Origin: Pseudogymnoascus verrucosus
Taxonomy: Eukaryota
Direction: 5' to 3' (one strand)
Assembly (NCBI GenBank): GCA_001662655.1
Contig: KV460208.1
Length of the DNA: 64,000 bases
The position numbers and the translations under genes were made by a program. Below the pieces are notes generated by a model. The model saw only the letters and a program-made list of their open reading frames with translations, had not been told where the DNA came from and did not search any database. Below, piece after piece: positions 24,373 to 36,874 of this stretch (within the stretch, counting starts at the first letter, position 1; each line of letters starts with the position of its first letter).

Positions 24373-27300
24373 TGGGTTGGTTATCTGAGGGCTTGAAGTT
24401 GTGTTATTCCGAGAGGGCTTCGAAAGAGCTAATTCAAACAGCTGGCCGAGGTCTAGCTGGAAAGGACGGGAAATCTGTCGCTGTGCCGGGTGATGAACGA
24501 AAGTGAGGGCCTCAACGAACGACTGTTGTTGACCGAGCAAAATGATGGCGGGATATATGCTTCTCAGCCACGCGCCTGTGGACTAATGGCGATTGAAGGA
24601 ACGAACTTCTCGACTGGGCCAGCCAAATATCGTCCTCAGAATAGGGATGAGCTCAATCAAATATTCCGATCTTCTTGCGTCAGACGCGGTTAATCAGCTC
24701 ATCAACAAAGCCTAAAAGTAGTGCTTCGTAATTTGATAATGAGATATCTGGAAACGTCTAGAAATTCTCCGTACACCAAGCCAACTCCTGGCGGCTAGGG
24801 CGATCAGATATTGACTTTGAATTCTTTGGTGTTTGCTTGTCGATGTGGCACAGGTCTCTTGATATGGTGGAAATGGATCTCTCAAGTATCAAGTAAGATA
24901 CAAGTCCATGAGATGCTGCAGCTGAGCTGGTGTATATGTATATGTCTGTAGTTCTGGTGTTTAAGTTTAAGGATGCTCGAAGATCTATTCGAGTAGATGG
25001 CGGGGTTTGACGAGTACACAGGTTTGATCGACGAATTGCCTGATGTTATATTGGAGGCACGAAGGGATAGATATGATGCTGAGTCCGGGGATCACCACAA
25101 CATGATCAGGCGAGCTAAGAACCGTAGATGCTTGAGGGTAAGGACAAAATCCCGGTCCCTTGCTGAACGAGTCCCTAAAAGGATACTTAGTCCCGACAGG
25201 AGGGGCTCTGGCCAAAGACTGAGAGGTGAAGCGCTGGATTGAAAGTTACAAGACCATTCCTGAATGGCTATGGGCAAGTGTGGCTTGAAGAAGAAGCGGC
25301 AATAGATGTGCACGGCCTCGCCTCAAGTGCCCTTGAGAATGAGCGGGAGAGGGGAACACTCGTAAGATCATCAAAGATGCGAGAGCCTAAAGGAAGGAAA
25401 AACCTCGTCCGCGTCAAAGTCACCGAGGAATCTCCACATATTAATGCCTGGTGGCTGATGGCGGATGGACAACCGGTGGTGGCGGTGGTGGGGGAATGTG
25501 GTGTAAAATGGAGGTTGGAAGGGGTAATGATGGGACCCGAAGGAGGGGAGGCTGGTACAAACAGTCAAGTCTGCTTCACATACCGTAGTGTACTACAAGC
25601 TCATGGTAGACATGTACCTTGTCCACTCTATCGAGAGTTGTGCAGGAGAAAAAGGCTAAGTTGAAAGTGGCCTGGGGTGAGGGGGAGATGGGAGGGGCAG
25701 TGACGGTATCGGCGCTGGTATCCGATAATCCCTAGAATATGTGAAGGGTTGGATAAGACCGAGTAGGGCAGTGGCGTACCTGGGCACCGTGCAAGGTAGT
25801 GGGCTGGATATACGTCCCGCTCCGGGTTAGTCGCCGAGGGTAGCAGTATCGAGGATATTGACGGTAGCGACGGTAGAGAGAAGCTAGCCGCTGGGGGTAG
25901 AAGGCCTCCAGTCGCACATGGAAGGCCACGGTCAAAAGAAGCTGAAGGACGAGCGGAGGGATCGTCGAGGTCTGTGAGCCGTAGCCCAAAAGTAAGAAAG
26001 AAAGTACCCTAACTTGGAGTTGACTGGGATAGAGCGTGGATCATTAGCTCCCTCGACGGGGTCTAGAGTTGCAAGGCATGGATGAATGTATGTACTGTGT
26101 GTAGATAGATGTACATGCAGGTTTTCAATCCACTCCATCAACAAGGCCGAGCAGCATATGAGAAAGAACCGAGAAGTTTGAATGGCTTGTAACGTTGCTG
26201 TGAACTGGGCGGCTAACTTGAGAACTGCAATGACTGATACTCGACTTCTCAATGGAAAAAACGGCCTGACGATAGTGGTGCCTTCTCTCAGAAATGGTTT
26301 CTCCAGGGCTGAACTGAATATTGTATTCCGCGTATTCTGGTCTCAGGGACACAGCTCAGAGTGGTCCCTGAGAACGTGACAACCCTGCCATCCACCGGCT
26401 CCCCACCAACCAAAATCTGGTAGACATTGCCAGCCAGTCCCCTTCTCTTCGACGTGGCATGGCATGTCGCTAGTGGACCCATCTTCCGCACTCCTCCCGT
26501 CACTCCATACTATGGTAGAGAGACAATTCGCTCCGGAGACGTGGAGAGGAGTAGTACCGCACCTTAAGGACGCCACAAACGTATAGCTCAATAACAACGT
26601 CTCGAATACGGTCCGAGGTTGGAAAGCATCCCGCAGCTACTGTAATGGAACGGTAGCACATTCGACGGCGCCACGCCAATCGAGCAAAGGCTTCTTCTTT
26701 CTTCCTCCGGAGATGAGGGCTTGGCAGTCTAGGACAAGGCCGGGGGGGGGAAAGACAAGGGAGAGGGAGGGGTACTTGCTTCAACGGCGCCAATTGCATG
26801 GTACCTTTTCGTGGCATGATCTATCCATACCTTGCTTCTCTTTCCATTCTATGCTGAAAAAAGAAGGGTTGAAGGCTTGTGGACACGGCCGCCTGTACGT
26901 GCAGGGGAAGGGTTATATCAGCCGGAGTTTCGCATGTGCAGAAGTCGTCGTCGGTCGCGTCGAGAATTCGTGCTTGCATACGTTCAGGCCTGCATGGAAG
27001 CAAGGCAGCCAGACTGTCTTAGCAAAAGTGGGGTTATTGACAGGCATTCCCTGTCATTTTTAGGATGTGAGTAGGATGTGAGGAACGGTTGTCTGTCTCT
27101 CCCTGTGTGAGTGCTGGCGGGTATAGTCATGGCAGATATCAAATGTGTAGAAGACTTGTCTCCTGGCCGTCTTCTGTATTGATATGGTTGGTATGTACTA
27201 ACAAGGTGATTGCACATGAAGAATAGATTGTATGCTTCTCTTCGGAGCTTCTGTTGCTTCTAGTGTCGGGCCGGGGGCTTGTTCGCCGATTTTCAACCGT

Positions 27301-29993
27301 GGTAGCTCCAGCATAGCGCGGTTCAATCGCGTGGATTTGGGTGCGGCATCCCTGCCCCGCCGTTTGAAATTCACACTCTGGCTGTACAGCTGAGAACTAA
27401 CCCACTCATGCCCACCTGTCATCTCCACGGTAGGCCGTCCTTAGATATGCATACCGTACACATTTTCTTGCCTGCCGGCGACATTAATGTGTTGTGCAGC
27501 ACATCCCGCCATACAGGCTTTTCATGGACCATATGTGTCTCTTCCGTCCCTCCCTCCACCACACACCCTTCCAACGCACCCCAGAATCGGGCCCTGTATA
27601 TTCAATTTATGAGTACCGCGGCTACCCTCCTCCCTTGGCGGGTTCCAATATGAGCCCTTTAACCTTACAGCAACTGTACTTGCGTCACTGGACGTACCGA
27701 AGCCTGCTTCAGATCTACGATCCGCAACATCTCTTACAAGCAACTTCCCTGGGCGGGTCCGTAGGGCTTCGTGCGAAACGGAAGCCCCGGAATGTGGACA
27801 GCTCGAGGTGGCAGATAGACAGGTAGTCTGGGAAGGAACAGTCAAGTCGATATCCACGCATCACAACATCACAATCCATCCAGCGGACGGTGGTACTTAG
27901 GAGCTACGGAGTTGTTGTGAGACATAGGTCCAGCCAAGCGAAGTCAAGCCGGAACAAAGAGACCATCGCCCGACACTTCTGCAGCACGGCATAGTCGAGG
28001 GGGGTTAGCGTCAAGGCCCTGACAAGGGACACGACCAATCGCATCGACAACGCCCAAGCATATATCACGTGCATGTTTCTAACGGTGGCGTTGGTAAGCG
28101 GGGCTTTAGGGTCGTTCGCTCTTTTGTGGAGTGCTCTTCTGTGATCTCTTGTGCTCTGTCGTATTCTTGATGTGACAATGTTGTAGACAACAGTGATTCA
28201 ACAATGGTGGTGCAAACTCGCTGTCCCTTTGGATGCGCTGTAGAATCAAACGTGTATTGTTGTGTAGTGCTCGGCTACACAATTGCGATGGGCTGAGTAC
28301 GAGAAACCCGAGTACGTACACCCATCACCGTGTGCGATCAACATGGCTCCTCCACTCCAAGGGTAGAAGACGGGGCCTCTCTGAATGGCTCGTCCCTCTC
28401 TTCGTCCTGCTGTAAGGTCTTGGCAAATTCGCGCGCGCGACACGCACATGTTGTAGATTAGGCTAAGGAGCTGTAGCCAGGGTTGCTGGCGTCAACTCTT
28501 CCCTGCCTGTGTACCATGCACATTGGTGTGAGAAAGATCAGGAAATTGCATGGGTCGAAGAGAGGTGGTATGGTGCTCCGATGCAAGGACGGCGCGAAAG
28601 GTGCGAAAGTTGCGAAGGGGCGCGAGGGGGTCGCGAAGGATGGGTGCTCCACGCACAGCCACTACCCCTCCAGATGTATGATGTGCACGAAATCCCTCTC
28701 CGGCCAACACCATCTGGCTCTGTCTTACTGTACTCCCCCTCCTCTAACCCACTCGGAGATCACCCACTCGCTCACTCGACTCCGCAAGGCTGAAACCTTC
28801 CGGAGAAAGCCCGTCGCATAGCAAGCGGCAGGACATTATAACGCCGACACGCCCGAGACGGCCCGCGACTCTCTTTCGTGGCTGCAAAGCGCCGTCCTTC
28901 GTCCTTCTTCATCATCTCGCAAATCAAGAATACTCAGAGAATCGCCGAAGATCATGAGAATGAGAAGGAATGTCGCCGGGCAATGCAGGTACCACCGGCT
29001 GGCGTGGGTGTGAAACCCTCTCGCTTCCCCGAACCACTTAAGGAATCTCACTCATTTTTTTCTCCCGCAAACTCCGGTCATAGCAATGTCTGTTATTACT
29101 GTCGTTATGCACATGAGTCTTTTCTTGCGGTGCTTGGCGCCGGTAAAAGGTCTCGATACTCACTTAGGACGTCGTGGCAGGTAACCCGCATCATTGACGA
29201 CTATAGCCCGTAGTCTTCTTAAAGCCACGCATGTGTCCAGTAGACTATGGACTAGTGATACACGACATACGACGACTCCAGTGCTATAGTCACATCGCTT
29301 TTTCGACTAACCATGTACCCGCCGGAATGGAGTCCGCGCCAAGGCCAACCCGATGATCGCTGTGGAGGCGTGCTGCCCATGTCCTAGGAGACCAAAGCGG
29401 CGGCACGTCCACCGACTTTTCAGTGAGGCACCATTCCACCACCCAAATGAGACTTCATTGCGAGTGCGCCGGTTATCCTTTCTTGAATCCTTATCCTTGT
29501 CGCTAGGGGATGTCAAACAGCCACACCTGACTAGGGATGTTGCGCGGTTGCAGCCTCCAAGTAACATCGTGCCTTCTGTCTTTGTGGTACCGAAGCTCTG
29601 TGCAAACGGCTAAGACGACTTAGACGGAGGGGATCTCGATCGCTGGTGCCTCTTCCAAATGAAAGAATAATCCTGAAACCGCTGGTCTGTCTTTTGAGTC
29701 TTCCAGAATCTTTTGGTCCCCTTCCATGAGAAATGTGCCACGAATCACGACCCACTAGGGTTCGGCACAGAATACCGATATGTGCGCGGATTCTTCGCGG
29801 ATGATATAGGTCCGCTTAAAAGCGTGTGTCGATGCCGATCAGTGTTGACAGAAGGGCATCAATACAGGGTTTATTATACAAGTGGAGTAGCACAACAAGG
29901 CGGTTCAAGTTCTCTGTGACCTGGTGATCCTGAATGATAATAAGCCCCTCACTGCCGGGCGGCACCATGCCCCGCAAGTGCAACCAACATTAT

Positions 29994-31355
29994 CTATGTC
30001 TGTCTTGGCGACAGTTCCTCAACTATGTTCCTGGGATCCTTCCAAGCGAGAGCCACATACCTGTGTCATGTTAGTATTGATTGGCATTTCCGGCTCGCAG
30101 AGCCAGGCTATCGATGGACACCGTACTTCGTATGGCTACCCCGTGCCGCCACTTGTCCCTTGCTATTCGTAAATTGAACTGACGTAAATGCCAGTGTTTT
30201 GCCAACTATTGAAGCGGACACCGCCAGCGTCAGGATTCAAGGCAATAGTATCATGGCTTCTCGGAGGAATGCCTACATTTGTCACAGGTCACGACTGCCC
30301 GGAGCTTGTCTCCCACCTTTCCGCCTGAGTTTAGGTATGTCACTAAACAAGCTTCAGTTGAGGTCTCCATTTTCCAGGACCGCCCCGCCCCCGCTATTAA
30401 GGAGGGTAAGCACCATTAAGATCTGTCGAAACGCCCGTAGCGTATAATCCTCTAGAAGCAACCGCCAGCGAGCCTCCGAGATCGACTGCCACGTTCCTGA
30501 GTCAATAACAATATATTTTGTGGGGATATGGGGGAACTTACCCATGCTTGCGATGGTTCCCCCATGGATAATATTCAGGCGATTCTGTGAAGATCTCAGC
30601 AACTTGCAAGGAAACCGTTGGAAGGGGCCGGCCTGACGGTGTGTTCTTTCCGGATGTCAAGTTCCATTTCAACGCGCCCTGGTTCCGCCGTCGTCACTCG
30701 AAGCTGCGAACGAGTAAATAAGCAACAAAGTAGCCTTGTAGTTCAGGGCATTCCCGGCATATGCTTCATTGACATTGACCGGTAGTAGCGGGTAAACTCA
30801 CATGTTCTCCGAAGAGTCTATGGCAAAATTCACCAGTTAGCATATGGTCAATATGATATCTTCTCCCTTCTATCCGGCATTGAATGGCTGTATTCCCAAG
30901 CGAGCAATTTTTCCCTACTTGGACGTAGACCCTACTGCTCCCAGATCTGGATATTAATTGAAACAGATTACGTGGTCTCGCTTGAAACAATGAGGCTGAA
31001 AAGTATACCAGGAATAAAAAAAGGCTCGAAAGTTCGAGGCGCGCCGCGCCGTTTGAACCAATATAACAGAGACTAAAACCATGGACCCAGCACGAGGAGA
31101 TATGCAGACAATAGGAGAAGTGCCCGGTTTGTGGTGCTTTGATGGCTTACCTTGGTTCCAGCCCCGACTCCGCCTGATATTCACCACGTCAGTATTAGAA
31201 GCGGAGATAAATTCCTTGAACGTATCTGTAGGGGCATGTTTTAGAAGATTACCATGAAAGATTTCAGGACCTGTGGGACGTCAGCATTCTAATATACGCG
31301 TTCCTGCGGCGTTGGTAAAACAGCTTACGGATCTGACGAATTTTAGGGCAGCCAT
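29994..31355 (-). CDS. PaaI/ACOT13 (THEM2)-type hotdog-fold acyl-CoA thioesterase; 10 exons (31355-31329, 31270-31253, 31173-31151, 30817-30802, 30703-30638, 30584-30542, 30485-30414, 30342-30277, 30205-30127, 30060-29994), 158 aa
   Basis: Spliced product contains HTNRLNIIHGGTIASMVD, GVSTDLNVTYL, GKTLAF and ARGSHTKY. All 9 introns are GT-AG and the CDS sums to 477 nt. Confidence 0.88.
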
Positions 31356-31671
31356 TGTTGCAGAGGTCCACTGATTGTCTGCCAGATGGATAGGTAAGGA
31401 AACAAAATAAGGAGAATAAAATTGCAAGCAAGTATAGAGTAAATTAACTTATTCTGTCCAATGTCTAGACCAGTGTTGGCAGTGCCGATGTCCTCCCGAT
31501 GGCCATAGTATAGCCGGATGCCGCGAATAAGTTAATCCGCTCCGGCCAAAAAGTGTCAGCCTTGGAGCGCTCACGGATTTAGCTCTGCCTCATCATACAA
31601 CTGCCAGGCTCTTTCTTGAGGATGATCCAAGAGCAGCCTATCTCTGTGGCAAGATACTCATATCCTTCAAT

Positions 31672-33196
31672 ATGCCGGAATCATCACTTGCCTCCTTTGA
31701 GTACCTGGAGAAGCTCCCGGGCGTGACTTTCAGACGGCTCTATGAGCAACCGTCTACAGCTCTGGCCGTGTTCCGGCGAATGCTCCCACACCTGGGTAAG
31801 TTGCAAGCCGAAAAGACTGTACTTTGATGCACCAGAATCTGATATTCGCTGAGCAGCTAAGTGTTTCGTGATGGGAATGCTATATATGCCCAAACCTTTA
31901 CTATTGTCTGAGCTGGACAACTGGGTGCGACCAGGCAACAAGAGGTCCGTTTCCCTTGTCCATTCTTGACTTGTCCAGGATCTCATTCGTAGCAGTGAAA
32001 AGGGCAAAGCTCTAGCAATTCTATCCCGCCTCCATATCGTGACATCTACCGCCGCGAGCAGAGATGGGCCTCCCGCGCTCAACCTAACCCACAACTTCGC
32101 GACCTCTCTCCGACTCGCTTTAACTGGTGGCGGGGACCATGGTTCCTTCGGCATCCCATCAGACAGCACCCAAGACTCCAACATAACTGTCTCTTTCCTC
32201 GATGAGTATGCCACGGCCCAATGGGAAGGCATTCTCCACTACGTCGTGAACAGCACCGGTGACCCGTCACTCCTCGGTGCCCAATACCCCTCCGCCAATG
32301 TTCGGCAACTCCTCCAGATGGGAGCCCTCGTCGATTCCAAAGGCAAATACAGCGGTGTCGGTATTACCCAGGCCGGCTTCAGTTTCCTCCTGCAAGAGGC
32401 CAACGCGCAGGTCTGGACCGTGCTTCTCCTCTGGCTCGAACATGCCGAGGAACTGGCTATGGACCACGTCGATCTACTCTCGTTCTTCTTCCTGCTCGGT
32501 TCTCTCGAGCTAGGCCTCGCATATTCCACGACTACCCTTTCAACCACCCAACAATCCATGCTTCCCATCCTCGCAGACTTTGGACTTGTCTATTCTCCCC
32601 CTTCATCATCATCATTCTTCCCCACCCGGCTTGCCACAACCCTCACATCCTCCGCCTCGGCACTCCGCTCCATCGCCTCCGGATTCTCCGCAGCTGCAGC
32701 CTCCCCCGCCTCCTCCGGTGGTACAACTGGATTCATAGTAATCGAAACCAACTACCGTCTCTACGCCTACACCTCCTCCCCTCTCCAGATCGCCGTTCTT
32801 GCCCTCTTCGCCAAACTCTCCACCCGATACCCCAACATGGTATCGGGTCGCGTGACGCGTGACTCTGTCCGCGGCGCGATCGAGCATGGCATCACGGCCG
32901 ACCAGATTATCTCGTACCTGACGACGCATGCGCACCCACAGCTGCGGCGCAAGACGCCCGTGCTCCCTCCGACGGTCGTTGATCAGATCCGCCTCTGGCA
33001 GATTGAGAACGAGCGCATGAAGGCGACGGCAGGCTTCCTGTTCAAGGACTTTGCGTCACTGGCAGAGTATGAAGGCTGCGTCAGGTATGCAGATGAGATT
33101 GGTGTGTTGGTGTGGAGGAGTGATGCGAAGAGGAGTTTCTTCGTCACGAAGCATGAGCAGCTGAGGGACTATATCAAGAGTCGAAAGATTAAATAA
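31672..33196 (+). CDS. TFB2: TFIIH subunit Tfb2/p52; 3 exons (introns 31796-31856 and 31945-31992/31995)
   Basis: ITQAGFSFLL, FPTRLA, IVIETNYRLYAYTSSPLQ, GITADQII and PPTVVDQIRLW motifs. Confidence 0.95.
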
Positions 33197-33489
33197 TGGG
33201 TCTGAGAAGGCGGGGTGTACTGTCATGCATATTTGGTTTCGCATAGCGTGGCGTTTGGGTTTGGGATAAGGTAAAAGGTCGGTAGCTTCATAGCAAAATA
33301 ATCTACATCGGTCACGTAAGTATCAAAGAAGATATTCAAATAATTGAACTTTGTCCATTTATTTGCAAATTTCTTGATGTGTTTATTGCTCGGCATATTA
33401 CCTCTATCAACTATGCCGCCCTTCGTGCCTATCTGTACATGATCCCGTCTCTTCATCAGTGCCTCATTTCTCAATGGCAAAAACTATTC

Positions 33490-34932
33490 TTACACAACAG
33501 CTCCTCCAGCTTCCCACAATTCTTCATTCTTAAGTGCCTCCATAACCTCATCATACTGGTTTGACACCCTTTTCTGGTTAAGGAGGGACCTCTCCATTGC
33601 TTTCTTCCGATACATCTTTGCTTCGGCCTTCTTATCGTTCTTCAAAAATCGCTTGTCGCTCAGAACACTCACAGATCTGCTCCTGCTGAAGAACTTCCCA
33701 GCCCGAGAGAAGATATTCTCCTTTTCTTGAATTGATCCTCCAATGGGCAGGAGATTCTCGGATTTGAGATTCCTTGCGTATGCCTGCTGGAAGCTCCAGA
33801 GGCTCTTCTTGGCATCGGGTGTCTTACAGTGGGTTTCCAACACGGCAAAGACTCGACGGTATCGGAGTTGGTCAGCGTTTGACATGTCATCGTCTTCGAA
33901 TGACCCCCTTTCATTTTCTATCTCTCGGAGGGCTTCAAGAATAGCTGGTGACTCGAGGTAGTCAATATCAAAGTCCTCGCTGTGAAATTTGTCGTCGAGC
34001 GTTCTGTACCGGCCAGCCCAGTAAGCTTGGGGCATACCCGTGCGAACATCTCGAAGGTTAATTTCTGGGTCATTGCTCGGATGGGTCGGCGTACTTGGGC
34101 GGGTGACTCTAGAAAAAAAGGCCGCTGGGCCTGAGCTGGATCTGGCTGTATTCGTTTTCGTTGTGTGGCCCCTGAGTGACAAATTGGACGTTGCTTTATG
34201 AAGTTTGGTGAGTGAAAACGAGCTTGTTATCGATGTAAGCACCTGGAGTGTGCGGGCTCTGGTGAGCGGTGGCCCTTGCTGTACTGATGGTCCTGGTGTT
34301 GGAGCTCGATATTTAGGCTTCGTTTGATGGTTGACCTTCGAGGCCTTCTCTCTATCCTTCTTCTGAGACGGTGGCAAGGCCTGCGTGAAGTTCTCTCCAT
34401 CCTTCTCCTCGAACGTCGTTGGCAAGACCTGTGTGGGTTTCTCACCCTCGACAACATATTGGTTTCGAACAGGTGCCTTTGCCTTTGAGGCTTGCTTCCT
34501 ACGGCTGTCAAAATCGCTATGATCACTATCCACAGTAGGATGATTGATACGTTGCCTTTGACCCCCTCCCAGTGAAGCCCGTGTCGGGCTTGGGATTTTC
34601 GTTGGTGTTAGGATTCTATTAGAATGCATGAACACTTGAGAAGCAGATGCTGTGAGTCTAGAGGTGGCCACGGTTGGTGTACCACGGAGGTCGATTTCAT
34701 TTCTGTCAAAAGGTACCAAGCTTCTGTTGCGCTTCCTTCGAACAGCTGGTTTCGTCGATGGAGGAAAGGGGGCTCCAAAATTCACCGACGATTCCGACTT
34801 TGGAATGGTTGTTTGTATGGGTGGAAGGAAAGGAGCTCCAAAGTTTACCGATGATCTTGACTTTGGAAGTGAGTTGTAGGTTGGTCTGTATTGACGATCT
34901 CGCTCAGAAGTTGTCGGATTAGAGGACGACAT
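33490..34932 (-). CDS. Hypothetical protein, 480 aa (basic disordered N-terminus, small folded C-terminal domain)
   Basis: Long ORF. The segment MPQAYWAGRYRTLDDKF...RRVFAVLETHCKTPDAKKSLWSFQQAYAR looks like a conserved globular domain. Confidence 0.75.
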   Translation of the reverse strand: MSSSNPTTSERDRQYRPTYNSLPKSRSSVNFGAPFLPPIQTTIPKSESSVNFGAPFPPSTKPAVRRKRNRSLVPFDRNEIDLRGTPTVATSRLTASASQVFMHSNRILTPTKIPSPTRASLGGGQRQRINHPTVDSDHSDFDSRRKQASKAKAPVRNQYVVEGEKPTQVLPTTFEEKDGENFTQALPPSQKKDREKASKVNHQTKPKYRAPTPGPSVQQGPPLTRARTLQVLTSITSSFSLTKLHKATSNLSLRGHTTKTNTARSSSGPAAFFSRVTRPSTPTHPSNDPEINLRDVRTGMPQAYWAGRYRTLDDKFHSEDFDIDYLESPAILEALREIENERGSFEDDDMSNADQLRYRRVFAVLETHCKTPDAKKSLWSFQQAYARNLKSENLLPIGGSIQEKENIFSRAGKFFSRSRSVSVLSDKRFLKNDKKAEAKMYRKKAMERSLLNQKRVSNQYDEVMEALKNEELWEAGGAVV

Positions 34933-35806
34933 GGTCGTATTTGTAACCTGAACTGGATACTATAGTTAGCAGTGGGAACATAAACTTCATTGAGGAGAAT
35001 TGGATACACCAACCAAGAAATTCAACGGAGGGTATTCTGCAAAGTTGTTGTATTGAAGTTGTTGTTGTGGTTAGGTGAGCAACTCACTCGGACACGAGAT
35101 GAAATTGGTGGCTGAAGAAGACTTTAACAGTACTTGACGGTAAAAATCGTGCTTGGGGCGAATTGGTTACTGTCAGGACGTGTAATAAGTGAAGTGAAGT
35201 TGAGTTGTTGAAGCTTTGTTATGAAATGTCAAGAGCTGGAAACCAGCTCTTGCCCAATTGGGCTTCCTTATGAGGATCGGAAAAGAGCGGTTCGCACGCT
35301 CAAGCATATATTCCTCACAACAATCGGATAAAACACCGCTGCAGTTTTGTAGATTCGAGAGAGAAAGAGTGCAAACGTGAAGAAGAGTGGCACAAAGTAG
35401 ATGTACGATGGGTAGCCGAATTAATAGCTTTGGATGCGTTCTATTGCTCGGCGCTGGGTATACATTTGAGAATAGTCAACAACAAAAAACGACACAATAG
35501 AACCTCCCTTCCCATGTAAAACGTTCATCCAAATATACAGAGTAAGAGTAAACGCCTACACGCCAAACGCATATTTCTAAAGTTGCTGTGCCCCATGCAA
35601 GCGTTGCTCACCTGCATGATGCTTCTCTGTTTGCAGATGTCGTTAGATGCCGCCTTCAAATCCAGCAGACAATCATAACCGGGCAATATACAGGCTTTGC
35701 AGAGCGTGGAGTTGAGTATTTTGTTGCAGCCATATTGCGTCTCATGGCGTTACATGGTGTTTTATCTGTTCTCTTAATTAACAATTACCATTCAATTATT
35801 TGCTCC

Positions 35807-36874
35807 TTATAGACGCGATGTTCTAAGGGCTACATACTCATTATCCAATGCATCCCATCCCTCAATCTGGAACTCAAACTTCATATCTCCCTCGCCGCGT
35901 GGTATAGGTTTGCCGAACTCATCCCATAGAGACCTCTCAATAAAGGTTACTTTCCCCTCCCAGTCTACGAGCATAATGGTCTGACGCTGCGTCCCATAAA
36001 GGCCACTCATTATTGGTGGTGAAGCAACATTCGGCGTCTCTTCTTCCTCCAACCTCTCCATTGCATCACTCAACTTAGTGTCTGCCTGGATTGTTGTGTC
36101 GGATTTTGGTATCCCAACAGCAGGAACCTCATCTCCTATTGACGGGATAAATATTGACTTTCTCAGCTGGAATATGAGCTGGTCGAAAGATTGCCCATTG
36201 GCTGGAGGTAATGTGTCCGTGTCCAAGATGTCGAATAGTTTCCGCACCAAGTCATCTTCCCCTAAAGATTCCCTGACGCACTCATCAACAGTCTGCGACA
36301 GCTTCTCCTTTCCAAGCTCAACTTTGGGCCAAGTGACTGGATCCATATATGAAGTATTGCTCAACCCATACACCTCTCCTCTCTTTTCCGCAATCCACGG
36401 CACCTCCTCAGCGGCTCCGCAGCGATTGCTCACAATAGCCAACGGTGTGACCTCATCCCTCCCGCCTTCCTTTCGCCTCCTCAGCTTGCCACACAGCAGC
36501 GAGAAGCCTCCAACATCCTTGACGCCCTCGCCCTCGAGCAGCCTTTCGACAAACGCCCCCGCGTCCTCGTTCTCATTACTCGTCAACCATGCCGTCACCA
36601 TTCCACCCCTGCTCCGCGACCCCTGCACCGGGTGTTCGATATCATTCGCATCTGTCTCGCGGTAATTCGTCAGGGCAGCAAAGTTGCCGTGTTTCGTAAT
36701 GCCGAGCCAGGTTCCTTGCTCCTCGCGCTGCAGGTCCCGCGCCGAGAGGATCTCCTGCTTGTTCGCGCGCCACCAGTGCGGGCGCGAGGTTGGGCGTAGG
36801 ATGAACTCGTCCCGGTTGTCGATGACGACGAGGGCGTACGCGGGGTGCGCCGTCGATACTAGGAGTATGCACAT
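35807..36874 (-). CDS. TANGO2: TANGO2/NRDE (DUF833) family protein
   Basis: MCIL N-terminus, NRDEF motif, GTWLG, LTNYRE, SRG, YGLSN and YGT motifs; ends in SRL. Confidence 0.92.
   Translation of the reverse strand: MCILLVSTAHPAYALVVIDNRDEFILRPTSRPHWWRANKQEILSARDLQREEQGTWLGITKHGNFAALTNYRETDANDIEHPVQGSRSRGGMVTAWLTSNENEDAGAFVERLLEGEGVKDVGGFSLLCGKLRRRKEGGRDEVTPLAIVSNRCGAAEEVPWIAEKRGEVYGLSNTSYMDPVTWPKVELGKEKLSQTVDECVRESLGEDDLVRKLFDILDTDTLPPANGQSFDQLIFQLRKSIFIPSIGDEVPAVGIPKSDTTIQADTKLSDAMERLEEEETPNVASPPIMSGLYGTQRQTIMLVDWEGKVTFIERSLWDEFGKPIPRGEGDMKFEFQIEGWDALDNEYVALRTSRL

Noticed and set aside
24997..25664. Two abutting plus-strand ORFs (81 and 141 aa)
   Set aside because: No recognisable domain or convincing splice structure; probably antisense to the homeobox leader/promoter.
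30343..30413. Thioesterase intron 7 translates in one frame as VLTLLNSGG, echoing the next exon (VTYLNSGG)
   Set aside because: Different frame, poor nucleotide identity and ends in a stop; most likely coincidence rather than a duplicated exon.
30818..31150. TPP riboswitch or snR30/U17 in the long intron
   Set aside because: TPP aptamer motifs and snR30 m1/m2 motifs are not present on the sense strand.
4806..36874. Possible lipid/acyl-CoA gene cluster (lipase, hydroxyacyl-CoA dehydrogenase, thioesterase, TANGO2)
   Set aside because: Genes are 4-13 kb apart and interleaved with unrelated housekeeping genes. Clustered CCTCGG sites were seen only at the dehydrogenase.
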